From: Camelus dromedarius
Taxonomy: Eukaryota
DNA: 64,000 nucleotides
Assembly: GCF_036321535.1 (NCBI RefSeq)
Contig: NC_087437.1
Span: 87,794,001 to 87,858,000 of the forward strand
Direction: 5' to 3'
In this document: one piece after another, positions 1 to 12,789 of the stretch
How positions within the stretch are numbered: position 1 is the stretch's first letter
Layout of the letters: every line of letters starts with the position of its first letter
The notes under the pieces: generated by a model
What the model saw: the letters and a program-made list of their open reading frames with translations, nothing else
The model's database searches: none
What the model was told of the DNA's origin: nothing
Program-made: the position numbers and the translations under genes

Positions 1-1715
1 AGAAGCTATGCTCATTTTTTAAATCTATTTTTATTTCTGCTCTTTCAGTTGTATGGTTCCTATTGAAGTATCTTCAAGTTAATTGATTCTTTCTTATGCT
101 GTCACCAGTCTGCTTTTGGACTCATCTAGGAAATTTTTTTTTAGTTATTGTAATTTTTGGCTTTAGAATTTCCATTTATTTTTTAGTCTCCATTTCTCTG
201 TTAAAATGCCCTATCTTTTCACTTAGCAATAACACATTTTCTTCGATCTTTGAACATGTTTTCCTCTAGTTCATTGAATATTTGTAATAGCTGCTCTGAA
301 GTTTATGTTAATTTAGCATCCTTACCCACTTGCAATCAGTTAGTACTGACAGTTTTTTTTTTTTGTTTGTTTTGTTTTTTTTGCATATGTGTCATTCTTT
401 TTAGTTTATTTCCATGGCTAATAATTTTTAGTTGCAAACTTGTCACGATAGACAATGTCTTAGTTAGCTCAGGCTGCCCTAACAAAATATCGTGGGTGGC
501 TTCAACAAGAGAAATTAATTTCCAGTTCTTAACAATTCTCAAAGTTCTGGAGGTTCTGGCCAATTAAGTTTCTGATGAGAATTATCTTTCTGGTTTGCAG
601 ACCACTGCCTTCCCACTATGTCCTCACATGACCTTTCCTCAATATGTGCACAGAGGGAGACAATGAGTGCTCTGGTGTCTCTTCTTATGAGGACACTAAA
701 CCTACTGGGCCATGACCCACTCTTACATATTCATTTAATCTTAATTACTTCCTCAAAGGCCCCATCTCCAAATATAGTTACTTTGGGGGATAGGTCTTCA
801 ACATATGAATGGAGGCAGGAGGGCAGGAAATATACAGTCCATAACAAGATAATATGTTACAGTGACTCTGAAATCTCTTTTCTTCTTCTTAGGATTATTG
901 GTGTTTGGTTTCAGTAAGCCATGAACTTGCCAAGACTCTAAAATTTGCCTCATGGTGTGGAAAAGATGTTACCTCTGCCAAGTTTTCTTGGCTTCAAGTT
1001 GCTGCTTTTTTAGCTTAGCTCCCATGTTGGTCTCTTCTGTACCTGTTTAGTTTAGATGTCTGCCAAGGAATTTAGCTAAGTTGATGCAGATTTTTAGGCT
1101 CATCCTTTTGGTGGTTTTTTGCCTCCAGGCCCACTTATAAATTTCCAATTGCTTTTCCATCCTAGAATCCTTCCCTCAAAGAAATTAATCTAATAAGGCT
1201 ACTGTTTTCTGCCACCCCAGCTCTCTGTGGATTAGGAAATGCATGCAATCAAAGGCATAACAAATTCCAATATTTCACCAGAAGCAATTCTGTCTTTTAA
1301 GAGACACATCTCTACTTTATCCCTGTCTTTGCATCAGATTTCCTGGGGTCACCTGCATACATGTGTACTCTACTGGTCATCCCAGCATTTGGACAAAGCT
1401 TATATTCAGGTTTTTGGATTTCAACCCTTTTGTGGTACTCCTGCTTTTAAAAATTTCCCCTAAAAATCCAGTGATTTTCCTACCCTGAAATTGAGTCACT
1501 TAGATTGAGTATTTTTCAAAAAGCCACAAAACTGTACTTTCTACCTGACATAATAACCATCTTTCATTAGTGAATTCTTCTCAAGTCTCTGCCTGCCTTT
1601 GGTCATTTTCCAGTATCTTCAAATTATTGTTTTTGATTTTTTTCCAGTTTCTGTAATTGTTTTCTGCAGGAAGAATTGCCTGAACTTGTCACACTGCTTA
1701 TCATCAGTGATCAGT
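1..1715 (-). mobile_element. Old L1/HAL1-type 5' region (5'UTR plus ORF1 N-terminal part), interrupted by an MLT1A LTR
   Basis: The reverse complement of 40-175 reads as a decayed ORF1 coiled coil (MEILKPKITI...ERIN*LEDTSIGTIQLKEQK). Two diverged ~330-bp 5'UTR-like units lie at ~990-1220 and ~1340-1550. The segment resembles 26860-27790. Confidence 0.7.
456..846 (-). mobile_element. MLT1A-like MaLR solo LTR
   Basis: Termini tgtcttagttagctcaggctgcc ... cagtccataaca. Typical motifs tgtcctcacatgacctttcctc, tctggtgtctcttcttatgaggacacta and ccccatctccaaatatagt. Confidence 0.85.
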
Positions 1716-1913
1716 TTTACACATATATCAGATCATACCACATACAAACACACACATGGCTTAAAAATCCAAAAATTGCTTTTCCCTTCAACAAAAGTAA
1801 GTTGCAAACTCAATATCCTACAAGACTCTGCATAATCTCTCCATTGTCTAAATATCTGGCCTCAATTCTTTCTGTTTTCTTCTTTATTCACTATACTATA
1901 GCCATAATAGCTA

Positions 1914-2995
1914 TGTCAGATTATCAATAAGTTGCCTAACCAACAGTTTGCCCCATCTTATTCCTCTAAAAAGAATTCTAAATTTTTTCATGTTCTTGGA
2001 TTTTCTTGTACAGATACATAGCTCAGGCATGTGGGAAGTACAGGTTTCCTGCCTCCTCAGACATATCCAGAGGTGGGCCTGATAAAAGAATAAGAATAAT
2101 TATATTCCCCTCGCCAGTGATTAGTTCAGGATTGGTTATTTAAAAGATTTGGGTAGCATGTGAGAAGAGGTCAACAGAGCTTCTGAGAAAGTTCCTTGTC
2201 ACTCTTCCAAGAGACATCTGAATGACATCTCTTGAATGAGGGAACTCTGAGGGATACTAGCATCCATTCTATAACCACAAAGTGAACATACCTTAAAGGA
2301 TTAAAGATCAAAGGTTAATGCAAATATACTGGGGAAGAAAATGGAAAGAAGGAAATAAAATCTGGGTTCTTGATGATGGAATCTGTTGGGAAAGGAGGTC
2401 TTGTGCTTGCAATCTTTCCACCCCATGTTGGCTGCTTAAGAACAGGCTTTGGGCCTGGAACACAACCTTACCAAGAGGTCAAGAGTCCTCATGGTCTTTG
2501 CTGGGCTGGTCACCATGCATGGGAATATCTTTCCCTCAGATTCAATGTGTTCTCCACTGTTCTGCTTAAGCATGTGCAATATATGGCATCTGGCCAACTC
2601 CACTGCGATCTCCACCATTCCAGGAGGGGACAGGCTCCTTCTACTGCAGCACAAAAAGCATGCATGCATCAGCTATCAGAAGGGACCTGCTGGCCATGGG
2701 GGACCAATACCCACTGCAGAAGCTGATCTTGCTCTGTACCTCCCTTACATCCAATCCAGTGCTTCTCTGCACTGTGCTTTCCTTGATGACTCCAATACCA
2801 AGATGCAGTGGGAAAAAGGAGTTTTGAACTTCTACTATGGATAAAATGAGCAATAGATGCCACTTGTTCAACAGGATCAAACAACCCTGCAAATTACCCA
2901 ACCTTTGCACTTCTAGTTATGTGAGCCAAAATATGTCCTAATCATTTTAAACTATTGGAATTTTTTTTCTCTTTCTTGTGAAAGAAAGCTTACTG
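1914..2995 (+). mobile_element. MLT1J/MLT1I-like MaLR LTR split by a ~480-bp unrelated insert (~2378-2855)
   Basis: Left part: ttcccctcgccagtgattagttcagg and atggaaagaaggaaataaaatctgggttcttgatgat. It resumes at gatcaaacaaccctgc...cttctagttatgtgagcc, collinear with the recalled MLT1J 3' half. Confidence 0.7.
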
Positions 2996-3385
2996 GCCTT
3001 CTTTCTAGTTCACAAAAATACCAAGCTTGTCTCTGACTTCAGGCCTTTTCAGTTATTGTTACTTCTTTTTAAGGCCTCTTCCCCTTAGATCTTCATTTGT
3101 CTGCCTCCTTTTCATCATTTAAATCCCAAGTCAAGTACAGTCTTTTTAGAGAGTCTTTCCCCAACCAGTCTGGCTGAAGTAATTTATTGTCCCTAATTTA
3201 TTTTCCCCTTTCAAGTTATTACTATTTGATATTCTATTATTCATATTTTTCCTTTTTATTACCTGTCTTTCCCAGTAAGAATTCCAATTCTTTGAAGGCA
3301 AATACTGTCTTATTCATTGTTGTATCTTCAGTGCCTAGAAGAGGACTCGGCAGCTAATAGACTCTCAACAAATGGTTATTAACTT
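2995..3385 (+). mobile_element. L2 3' end
   Basis: ttattcattgttgtatcttcagtgcctagaagaggactcggcagctaatagactctcaacaaatggttatt matches the L2 3' terminus. Confidence 0.75.
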
Positions 3386-5859
3386 AAAAAATAGCATCTA
3401 TGTATCAACTTGGCCAAAAACAGTTTTAATGATGAAACTTGTTCTTTATTAGACTAAAAACTTCCAAATTTATGTTATAGGAGAAAAATGTCAATAATAT
3501 CATCTGAAGTTCATATTGTTTAGTACATAGCTTTTTGTTTCCCATTAATTCATTGGAGATTTTTACTCTCCAAAATATTTGTATATGAATTTTCACAACA
3601 GAACAGTCTCTTCCACTTGAAAAATAGGTTTAAAGGTCATTTTTCTATCACTCAAAATTCCTGGAAACAAATCTGTTTACTTGGAAGAAAAACCAAATAC
3701 TATCAACTTACCATTAGTCAAAGGACTTGCATTTTTATTAAATCCTATCCAAATGAGATTTTTTCGACCAGTCTTTGCAAATTAGCACTAGCTCATATGT
3801 CTAGAGAACAAAACAAATACTTTAGATAACAGAAATTCTTCATTACTTTAATATTCAACAGCATCAGGACTATTCCCCAGTGATGAAAGGAAAGTGTTCA
3901 TTTTATTGGTGAGAAGGGCTTGTGTTGACCTTTTCAGACTTAGGGCTCTGTTTTCCAAAGCACTGTCTGCAACAAAACTAAAGGCCAGTTTTGAAAGCAT
4001 AGATTTCTAAATGTTAAGGAAATGTAAGTTTGACATGTGGGGTCCCCTTAGAAATTCTTTTGTTTTTACTCTAAAAAGCTTTGGAATTCTTTTTTTTTAT
4101 CTTAGTTACAAATACTACAGGGTAATAATGCATGAAAAATAAAACTCAGCATGTACTAAGCTACTACATTCAAGCACTATCTTCAAGTCATCCTTTCTCC
4201 ATTCCCTGCCACTGTCCCTATATGACACTTTCTCTGCCTCAGCCTTAAACATCTAGCGCCCCATCCTTAATTAAAACTCACTCCAAGCACAACTTCCACA
4301 AATGAAGCCTCAATGTACCCAGCAACTATTTGACTTCTTTTTCACCTTAGTTTCCTTTTCTATTTCTTCCTGTGAATTAGAAAGCTTCTCTTGAGGGTAA
4401 TAAGGGGGCAGGCTGAGGTATAAGCTAACTTTCTGAAAAAATAAATAAATAAAACAAAACAAAATAAAATACTTTAACTTACAGAATTAATTACGCTTCT
4501 GTTTATAAAATTTTCTCTTGTTTCTTGCATTAGCTCCAGTTATATATTTCACAGTTACTTTGCCCCTCATTCTCCTCCTTCAATATATCTACTACGTATC
4601 TCTCTTTTTTTTTAATCCTAGGAAATTGATCACTCCAATACTCCACTTAAAGTCACCCTTTATATACCCATTCTCTATTAAAGTATAAATGTGGTGAGGG
4701 ATGCAGAACTATTGCTTGAGGAAATAAAGTATTTTGCTTTCAAATTCAAGACTCATTTACAAACCAAACTTTAAGATTTGCTGACATGAAAACTTCCAAT
4801 CTCTTTTAGGAAAACAAATTTCTCTTTCATAATTTGCATTATAGGTTGATTTTATGCCTTCCCTGCCTCTTTTGGTTTTTGGTCAACTCACTCTAGAACA
4901 TGATGACAACATGATACCCACATACCACTGCGGCTTAACCATTACACAAACTGACTGCCCTGGAATGCTCACACTGCCTTGTCACCGACATGCTCTGAAG
5001 CTTTTTAATCACAGGACTGGCCACAAATGGAAATCCAGGGCCTGGCACTGGTCTGTGAGTCTATGGGACTTCAAAGTGCTAGAGTTTAAAAACCTCTGCT
5101 GAGAACCAAATGCTACAGGACAGAAAACCCACACTAAACAAAGTTAGAGGAAAGAGAATATTGCCAAAATGCAGTTACTTTTGGACTAATTTTTACCATA
5201 GGATGCCATTGGGTCCAGTATAGAATCCATGATGGTCTTCTTTCTTAGGCTGAAATTGGCACCATCTTTTCCTTTAATCCCCATCAGAGAATGTATATAA
5301 ATAACAAGCCTTTTAAAAGAGTTTGTTGTTAAATTAATAATAACATGTTATATTAATATAACACAATACTATGAGTTAAGATGACATTGGAGAATTGATA
5401 GTCCAGGAGATTACCTGACAAATATTAAATCAACAGCCAAGAAACTCAAGGATTCTACAAAATTGGCCCTTCAATACATACTCATACTGGTGAATTTCCT
5501 TATTGTAGCAGGAACCCTCAGTGGACCCTATTCCTAAGTGTTGGAGTTCCTCTCTGGCACAGATGAAGTATCAAACCAAAGAGGCCAAAAGGACCCTGCA
5601 TAGTAGTAAGTCTCAAACAGTGATGTCAAGACCTCTCTTTGGGGAAGGGATACATGACTGAGATCCAGGTAACTTCAGGAGTGATGACAAGTAGTGGACA
5701 CAAGAAAAGCAACTATATCCATTTACTAGATTGTCTATTGGTAGGCTGAGAACCTGGAATCTTTCCTGACTGATTAAATAAGGTACCCAATATTAGAGTT
5801 CTTCAACTTCTAGAATTTTTCTAAAGGTTTAGAGAAAGCCAACCAGTATGACAAATAGA

Positions 5860-6835
5860 AATATAAAATTTCATTGGTCTTACTCTCCACCTCAAATTCA
5901 GCCAGTATCACGGGTGATTTTAACATCCATGAACATGAATTACTGAAAACTCTGCCTAAAGGTTCTTAAATTGCCTTAGCTCTAATTACATTAACTTCAG
6001 CCCCCACCTTAGATCCAACATCACCCAAAGCAGCTCTGTATCTGACATCTTTAACATTAATATCCTGTTTCCTGACCACAACTGTCAGTTATTCCAGTCC
6101 TCTTGTGTGTATTTTAATCCATTTCCACTTTACCCTCATTGGCAATATAGTCAGTGGTTAAATGTGTGGGCTCTTAACTCAGTCTGCTTGGATCTACATC
6201 CTGGATCAGTTGCTTCCTAGCTGTGGAAATTTAGACAAGGCCTCAATTTCCTCATCTAAAGAAAATGGAATTATGTTTAATCTAACAGATACTCATACCC
6301 CTTTAATACAGTTGTTATGAAGATAAAATGAGACAATGTAGAACATTTAGTATGGTGTAGGTATGAAGATAGTAGGTGCTATGTAAATGTTAGTTATTTT
6401 TTACCCATTTACTTATTCTTAAATTTGTCAATTTTCTCCTAATTTCTTCCATATCCAGCCTAAAATCTATGCTTCATTATTTTCTTTTCTCCACCTAAGA
6501 CAGTCAAATTATCCAACTAGCTACTCTGATTCACACCAACACTGCAAAACACCAATGGGAAAATGCACAACTGAGTATTAACTATCAAAAAAGTAAGACC
6601 TTCAAAAGCAATTGCGCCGTTACTATGGTTCACAGGTCAACAAACAACAATCTCTCTAACTATTGGCAGCATATATTACAGAGTATATTCCTCAAATATC
6701 CTATATTATCTCCTTTCTCAAAAATTTTAAGAATAATAATTCCTTCCCTTTGAAACTATGTAATTATATCAATTATCCCACCTTTTTTTCCATATATTTT
6801 CATATTTCTTTCTCACTTTTTCCTAGATCTATCAC
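5860..6835 (+). mobile_element. L2 ORF relic including the AP-endonuclease region (interrupted by a MIR)
   Basis: ggtgattttaacatccat at 5913-5930 encodes GDFNIH, an APE endonuclease motif. cctgaccac at ~6071 is SDH-like. Pyrimidine-rich L2-like sequence continues at 6400-6835. Confidence 0.55.
6141..6398 (+). mobile_element. MIR SINE
   Basis: agtggttaaatgtgtgggctct...gcctcaatttcctcatctaaag (CORE domain) ...tagtaggtgctatgtaaatgttagttatt. Confidence 0.85.
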
Positions 6836-6958
6836 AGCATTTGCTGAGTCCAGGGCAACAGTACAATTGGAGGCCCACATACAATTTTTTAAACAGCACA
6901 AATGGAGGCCCACATACAAAATTTTACACTTACAAATTATTAATCAAACTAACAGAAC
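6833..6958 (-). mobile_element. MER115-like hAT-Tip100 DNA transposon, part 1
   Basis: gggcaacagtacaattggaggcccacatac...taatcaaactaaca matches the reverse complement of the recalled MER115 end. Confidence 0.65.
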
Positions 6959-6961
6959 CTT

Positions 6962-9900
6962 CTGAGTCTACCCAAGATGGAGTAATAGCAGTCAGATTTA
7001 TGATCCCACCTGAAACAAATCCATCCCTTCAAAAACACAGACCAGCCATACAGAACAATGTTTTTTGAGAGTTTGGTCAATAGTCAACAAATGACAGTGA
7101 TTTCTGAGAAATGGAGAAGAAATGAAGTGAGCCCTACGATTTCTTTAATTTACTGTCTTGAGAGAGTTCTTAGGCCCCAACAGGGGAGGAAGAATGTGGG
7201 AGGACCTCAATGGACTCCCAGAATTGAGGAGACAAAGTTGAGAGTACAGGGAGAATATGGCTGCTGGAGGTTACTGGACTGAGGACAAGAGAGGAGAGAA
7301 TTGTGCAGAAACTTAATGCTGAATGTCTGCAGAGGATTACCTCAAGTATTCAGCACAGAAACTATAGTGCGTGCATGTGAAGAAACTACCCAAAGCACAG
7401 GAAAATCAATAGGAACAGAAACAATGCTTGGTACTAACACAAGGTTAGGAAGAGTGCCTTTCCCATCAACCAGACTAAGAAAATTCATCATTCACAGGTA
7501 ATTAGTTGAGCTACTCACAGAGATCTTGTCTCAGGGTAAGGAAAAATTAACCCCAGGCTGATCACAAAACTAGGCCCAGGAAGCAAGTCACAGTGGAAAA
7601 ACCAGAAAGGATCAAACTTTTTCCAAATAACTGTATCCTGGAATGAAGTTCAAGAATAATTGTAGGAATACAAAAGATCTAGTACTCAAAAAGGTAAATC
7701 ACAGTGTACAATATCCAGTCACAGATAACCAAACTTGTAAAATATGCCAAAAAACATCACCCATAATGAGAATAATCAGTAAAATGAAATTGACCCAGAA
7801 CTAACACAGGTGTTATAATTAGTAAAGAAAGACAACAAAATGTTTATGATAACAGTCTTCAATATGTTGTAATGTTGATACATAAAAGATAAAACAGAAC
7901 TGTATCTAACTTCTATAGATAAAAACTACAGCGACTGAGATAAAAATAAATTGAATAGGATTAAAGGTAGATTAGGCATTGCAAAAGATTGGTAAACTTG
8001 AGAATGTAACAGAAACTATTAAAAATGAAACACAGAGAGAAAGAAATAATATTTTAAAAATTAAGGAGCATCAGTTAGCTGTGGGACAACTTCAAGCAAC
8101 TTAATATCAGACTTAAAGAATATTTATAAAACACTCCACCCAACATCATAATACACATTCTTTTCAAGAGCAAACAGCCGATTTGCCAAAAGAGACCACA
8201 ATTTAGGCCATAAAACAAGTCTCAATAAATTCAAAAGCATTTGAGTCATAAAAATGTTCTCTGACCACAATAGAATTAAATTAGAAATCAGTAACAGTCT
8301 CTGGAAATCATCCTATATTTAAAAAATAATAACACACTTCTAAATAATCAATGGATCAAAGAAAAAATAAAGGAAATTAGAAAATATTTTAAGCTGAACA
8401 AAAATTAAATATCAAAAAGCAGTATTAATGGAGAAATTATAGTACTAAATGCCTATATCGGAAGAGGTTAAATCAATGTTCTCAGGTTCTACCTCAAGAA
8501 ACTAGAAAAAGAAAAATAAATAAAACCCCCCAAAATCAAAACATGAACATAGATGAAAAAATTATAAATAAATTTTTAGTAAATAGAATTCAGCTCTCTC
8601 TCAATCTCTCTCCCTCAACCTCTCCCTCTCTCCCTCCTCTCTCTCTTTCTCTCTCTCCATATATAAAATGAAAAAATAGGAATTAATCCTAAAAAACTAA
8701 AAAAGCAGGGTTGGTTTAATGTTTGAAAATTAATGTAATTCAACATATTAGCAAAGTAAAAGGGAAAAATGAATAATCTCAATGGTGGTAAAAAAAAAAA
8801 CTTTTGACAAAATCTAATATTCATGTCATTCCTTAAAAAAAAAAAAAAACCATGTCCATTCTTACCATGTCTATTCAACATTGTATTGAGGGTTCAAGCT
8901 ACTGTAATCATACATATGAAAAAGGCATTCATATAATAAAGAAAAAATCTGTCTATTTGCAGTAAATGTTATTGTCTATAGTCTGATGAAATTTACCAAA
9001 AAGTTGCTAAGCATAATAAATTAATTTATTTATAAAAATTGCCAGAAACAAGATCAATATATAAAAATTAATTGTATTTCTAAATACTAGCAATGAAAGA
9101 CAGAAAACAAAACAAAAAAATGTAAACCATCTTCAACAGCATCAGATAAAATTCTTAAGGATAAATCTGATGAATGATGTGAAATGTACAATGAAACAGA
9201 AACGTGATGCTGAGCAAATTATTAAAATATCTGAAGAAATGGAGAAATATAATTTATTCATGTGTCAAAAGATTCAATATTGTTGAGATGTCAATTCTTC
9301 CCAAGTTGATCTACAGATTCAATGTAATCACAACCAAAATTTCAGCAAGCATTTTAGGAGAAATTGACAAGTCAATCCTAAAATTTATATGGAAATACAA
9401 CTGACCTAGAACAGCCAAAACAACTTTGAAAAAGAAAAATGAATTTGGAGAGCTAACACTTTCTGATTTCAAGATGTATAAAGCTCTGGTAGTCAAGATA
9501 GTGTGGTACTGGCCTCAAGATAGCCAGACAGATCAATGAAACAGAATAGATTCCTACAAACATAGAAAATTAGTTTTTTGAGAAAGGTGCAACAGCAATT
9601 CAATGGAAAAGGATTGTCTCTTCAACAAATAGTAACAAAAATTTGATCTATTTCTTACAGTGGATTATAAGCCAAAATGTTATGCCTAAAACTATAAAAG
9701 TTTTAGAAGAAAATTTATGAGAAAACCTACCTGTGACCTTAGGTTAGGCCAACACTTCTTAGATATGACATAAAAATCATAATTTATAAAAAAAAATTTA
9801 GACTTCATCAAAACAAAAACCTTCTTCTCTCCAAATGACACTACCAAGAAAATGGGAAGACAAGTCACAGACTGGGAGAAGATACTTGTATAGCATATAC

Positions 9901-10838
9901 CTAATAAAAGACTTCTATCTACAATATATATAAAGAACTCGCAAAACTCAGTAAAAAAAAAAAAATGCAACCCAATTAAAATATGGACAAAAGATCTGAA
10001 TAGATAATTTACCAAAGATGATATATGTATGAAAAATAAGTGCATTAAAAATGCCCATATCAATAGTCATTAGGAAAATGCAAATTAAAACTATAGTGAG
10101 ATATTGCTACATACCTATTATGCCTAAAATTAATGACTGATCATGCCGAATGTTGTTGAGCATGTGGATAAACTGGAATTCTCACACACTACTGGTCAGG
10201 AAGTCAAATGATACAACCACTTTGGAAAACAGTTTGGCAGTTTCTTCAAAAGTTAAACACGCATCTACCATATAATCCAGCCCTTGTCAGTATTTACCTA
10301 AGAGAAAAGAAAACATATATCCATATAAAAACTTGTTCAAGAAAGTTCATAGAAGCTTTCTCTTTCACAGGCAAAAACTGGAAATAAGTATCCACCTATA
10401 GGTTAATGGTTAACCGAATTGTAGTACACCCATATAATGGAATAATCAGAAATCAAAAGGAATGAACTATTGAAAATGCAACAACATGAATGAATTTTAA
10501 AATAACTATGCTTAATGAAAGTAGCCAGACCAAAAGCAAACAACAACAACAACAACAACAACAACAAAAGAATACATGGTATATGATTCCACTTATACAA
10601 AACTCTAGAAAATGAGAACTAATCCAGAGTGACTGGGAAGCAGGTAAGTGGTTAGCTGGGAGCATGGCAAGCAGGAAAGCATTACAAGGGGCACAGAGAA
10701 ACTTTTGCAGAGGATGGATAGATGTGTTCACTATCTGGATTTTGGTAATGTGTCATGGGGTCTATACATATGTCAAAACACCAAACTGTACAATTTGAAT
10801 ATGTGCAGATTATTGTATGTCAACTATACCTCAAAGCT
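6962..10838 (+). mobile_element. L1MD/L1MC-like LINE-1 with both ends present and large internal deletions (decayed)
   Basis: 5' end caagatggagtaatagc. ORF1 relic at 7760-8105, endonuclease relic at 8120-8520. ORF2 relic KWRNIIYSCVKRFNIVEMSILPKLIYRFNVI (ORF 9204-9404). 3' end aaggggcacagagaaacttttg...tatgtgcagattattgtatgtcaactatacctc. Confidence 0.9.
10541..10567 (+). repeat. (CAA)9 microsatellite inside L1
   Basis: Direct reading. Confidence 0.95.
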
Positions 10839-10844
10839 TTTAGA

Positions 10845-11268
10845 AGATAAATCAACCCACCTAACAAATCACTAGAATATATTTTATTATCTTACCTTGA
10901 CAACTACTGCCCTATGATGACCTGGAAGGCCAGGTTTGAATTTAGAATTCCTAGATTCCTTGGATTTCACACCCACCCACCCACCTCTCCACCTTCACAA
11001 CAGCTATTGCATGGCCCCTGCCTAAGCCCAGAGGTGAACATCCTAGCAGCCCATAACCTCAGGAGGGCAGGCTCAGGAGAAAAGGCTATGTAGATTTTGA
11101 AAGTGTGATCAGACACATTTGAGCCCAGCATTCTCTTCAGTAGGATGTGTCCTTTTGGGCTGCAGTTTCATTGCCTTAGAGAAAAATGTGACCAACAGGA
11201 CAAAGACATCCTTTTAAAGTATAGACCCAGGGTAAAAGGAACGTTTGCTTGGGTCTAAGAGGGACACT
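10845..11268 (-). mobile_element. MER115-like hAT-Tip100 DNA transposon, part 2
   Basis: taccttgacaa...gacctggaaggccaggtttgaatttagaattc ... tttgcttgggtctaagagggacact is the reverse complement of the recalled MER115 start. It continues part 1 across the L1. Confidence 0.7.
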
Positions 11269-11289
11269 CCAGAGCATACATATGTTAAA

Positions 11290-12570
11290 GTCTCTCCCAT
11301 TCCAAAAGAAAAAAAAAATTTGTTTACACCCCCACAACTTTTCCACTATTTACAGCCAAATTTCTTGAAATTACTCTGTCACTCTACTTCCACACTACCA
11401 CCACCCTCCCTCATTCATTTCTTGCAATCCAGCTTTGACTTCTAGCAATCTACCAAAATTCTTCCACACAAATCAATCATGACTTCCTAATTCTCACACA
11501 CTACAGTCTTAAGACAGTGTCTTACTTTGCATTTCTGTCATGTTTCATAGTGTTGATCATCCCCTGCTCACAGTGTCCCCTACTTTGGCATCCATGGTAT
11601 CCAAGATTCCTGCTTCCTATCTGTCTTTTCCTCCCTGTCCTTCTTATTCTCCCCAAGAACACTTTGTTTCATGTAGCCCTTGGAATGTTAGAAATATCTG
11701 GGCTTCTATTCTGAGCCCTGCCATGAAGAGATTTCTCTTTATGAAGTCATATGCATCCATGGTTGCAAATATGGTTAGTATACTCTACCCTCACATTTCT
11801 TCCTGGAAGTCTTCAGTCATATCTTTACATACCTTTCTGTTTCCAATCTCATGTTTTCTTCTAATCCCTCTTTCATTCTACTACTTTAATGGTCTTTCTA
11901 AAATGTTGAGTTGATCTTAAAACATTTAATGCTTTTCACTTCCGTCAGGGTAATCACTTCCTTCTAGACATGGTAGGTAAGTCTTTCTTCCTTTTGTTCT
12001 TGCCTGCTTTTCCAGCTTCACGTCTCACAAAATTCTTTCCTTAGTCCTTCTATCATATAGAAGCATGTTTTAATAATAAATCTAATTAGAGTGTAGTTGA
12101 AATATTTTATTGTCTCTCCTCCACTAAATTAAGAGGATTTTGAAAGCAAGGGCTTCTATCCATCAGAATAGGCTAAATTAAGCTGTGGAAACAAGCCCTA
12201 AGTTCTCAGCAGTTAAATAGCCTCACTCCCTTGTCCAACATTGTCTAGGAGAACAGTTCTGTTTGTGGTAGTCACTCAGGGACCCAGGTCGACAGAGGTT
12301 CCCTCTTGACAGTGCATCCATGGCAGAAAAACACGATTAGCATAATCAAGCATAGATAATTGTGACAAGCAAGTAATAAAGTCATATCTAACAGCAAGGA
12401 GGTGAAGAAATGCAATTTCATCATACCATACATCTAGAAAGAGAAATATTGGAATACTGAGAATAGCCCTAGTGACTATCACAAATTTTATCTTTTTACA
12501 TTTGTTTCAGTGCAAAATTACAGATCACTCAACAGGTCTAGGTTTGTTGAACAAATAAATAAATGAATGC
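11290..12570 (+). mobile_element. L2 3' portion (interrupted by an MLT1K-like LTR)
   Basis: Pyrimidine-rich L2-type motifs (catagtgttgatcatcccctgctc, catccatggttgcaaatat) and the terminal tttgttgaacaaataaataaatgaatg. Confidence 0.65.
12160..12483 (-). mobile_element. MLT1K/L-like MaLR LTR
   Basis: tcagaataggctaaattaagctgtggaaacaa...gtagtcactcagggacccagg...aatagccctagtgactatcaca. Confidence 0.7.
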
Positions 12571-12789
12571 CAGAGATAATGTGGGGCTGAAGACTATGAA
12601 AAAAGTTTAAGCTCAGTTCATCTAAGTAATTTTTCCTAAATAAGGAAATACAAGAAAGGAAGAAGTGTCCATGCAGATAACAAAGGGCAGAGTTTCTCAA
12701 GAAAAAAGAGAAGTGTATCTTCATTGTCTTAGAAACAAGTAATGCAGAATTTCTTAAGACACAATTGAGGGGAAATTATCTTGAAGCTG

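Noticed and set aside
2436..2884. Faint resemblance of the insert's ORFs to HPRT1 (KTMRTL, VPHG) and NME1 (FAGLV)
   Set aside because: The motifs are short, in different frames or strands, and not spaced collinearly with those proteins, so no gene name was assigned.
5197..5310. Minus-strand open frame LMGIKGKDGANFSLRKKTIMDSILDPMASY ending at G|gtaaaa
   Set aside because: Poor acceptor, weak donor and no recognisable homology.
10403..10731. ORFs with poly-Leu or poly-Cys runs
   Set aside because: Antisense translation of (CAA)n inside an L1 3' region.
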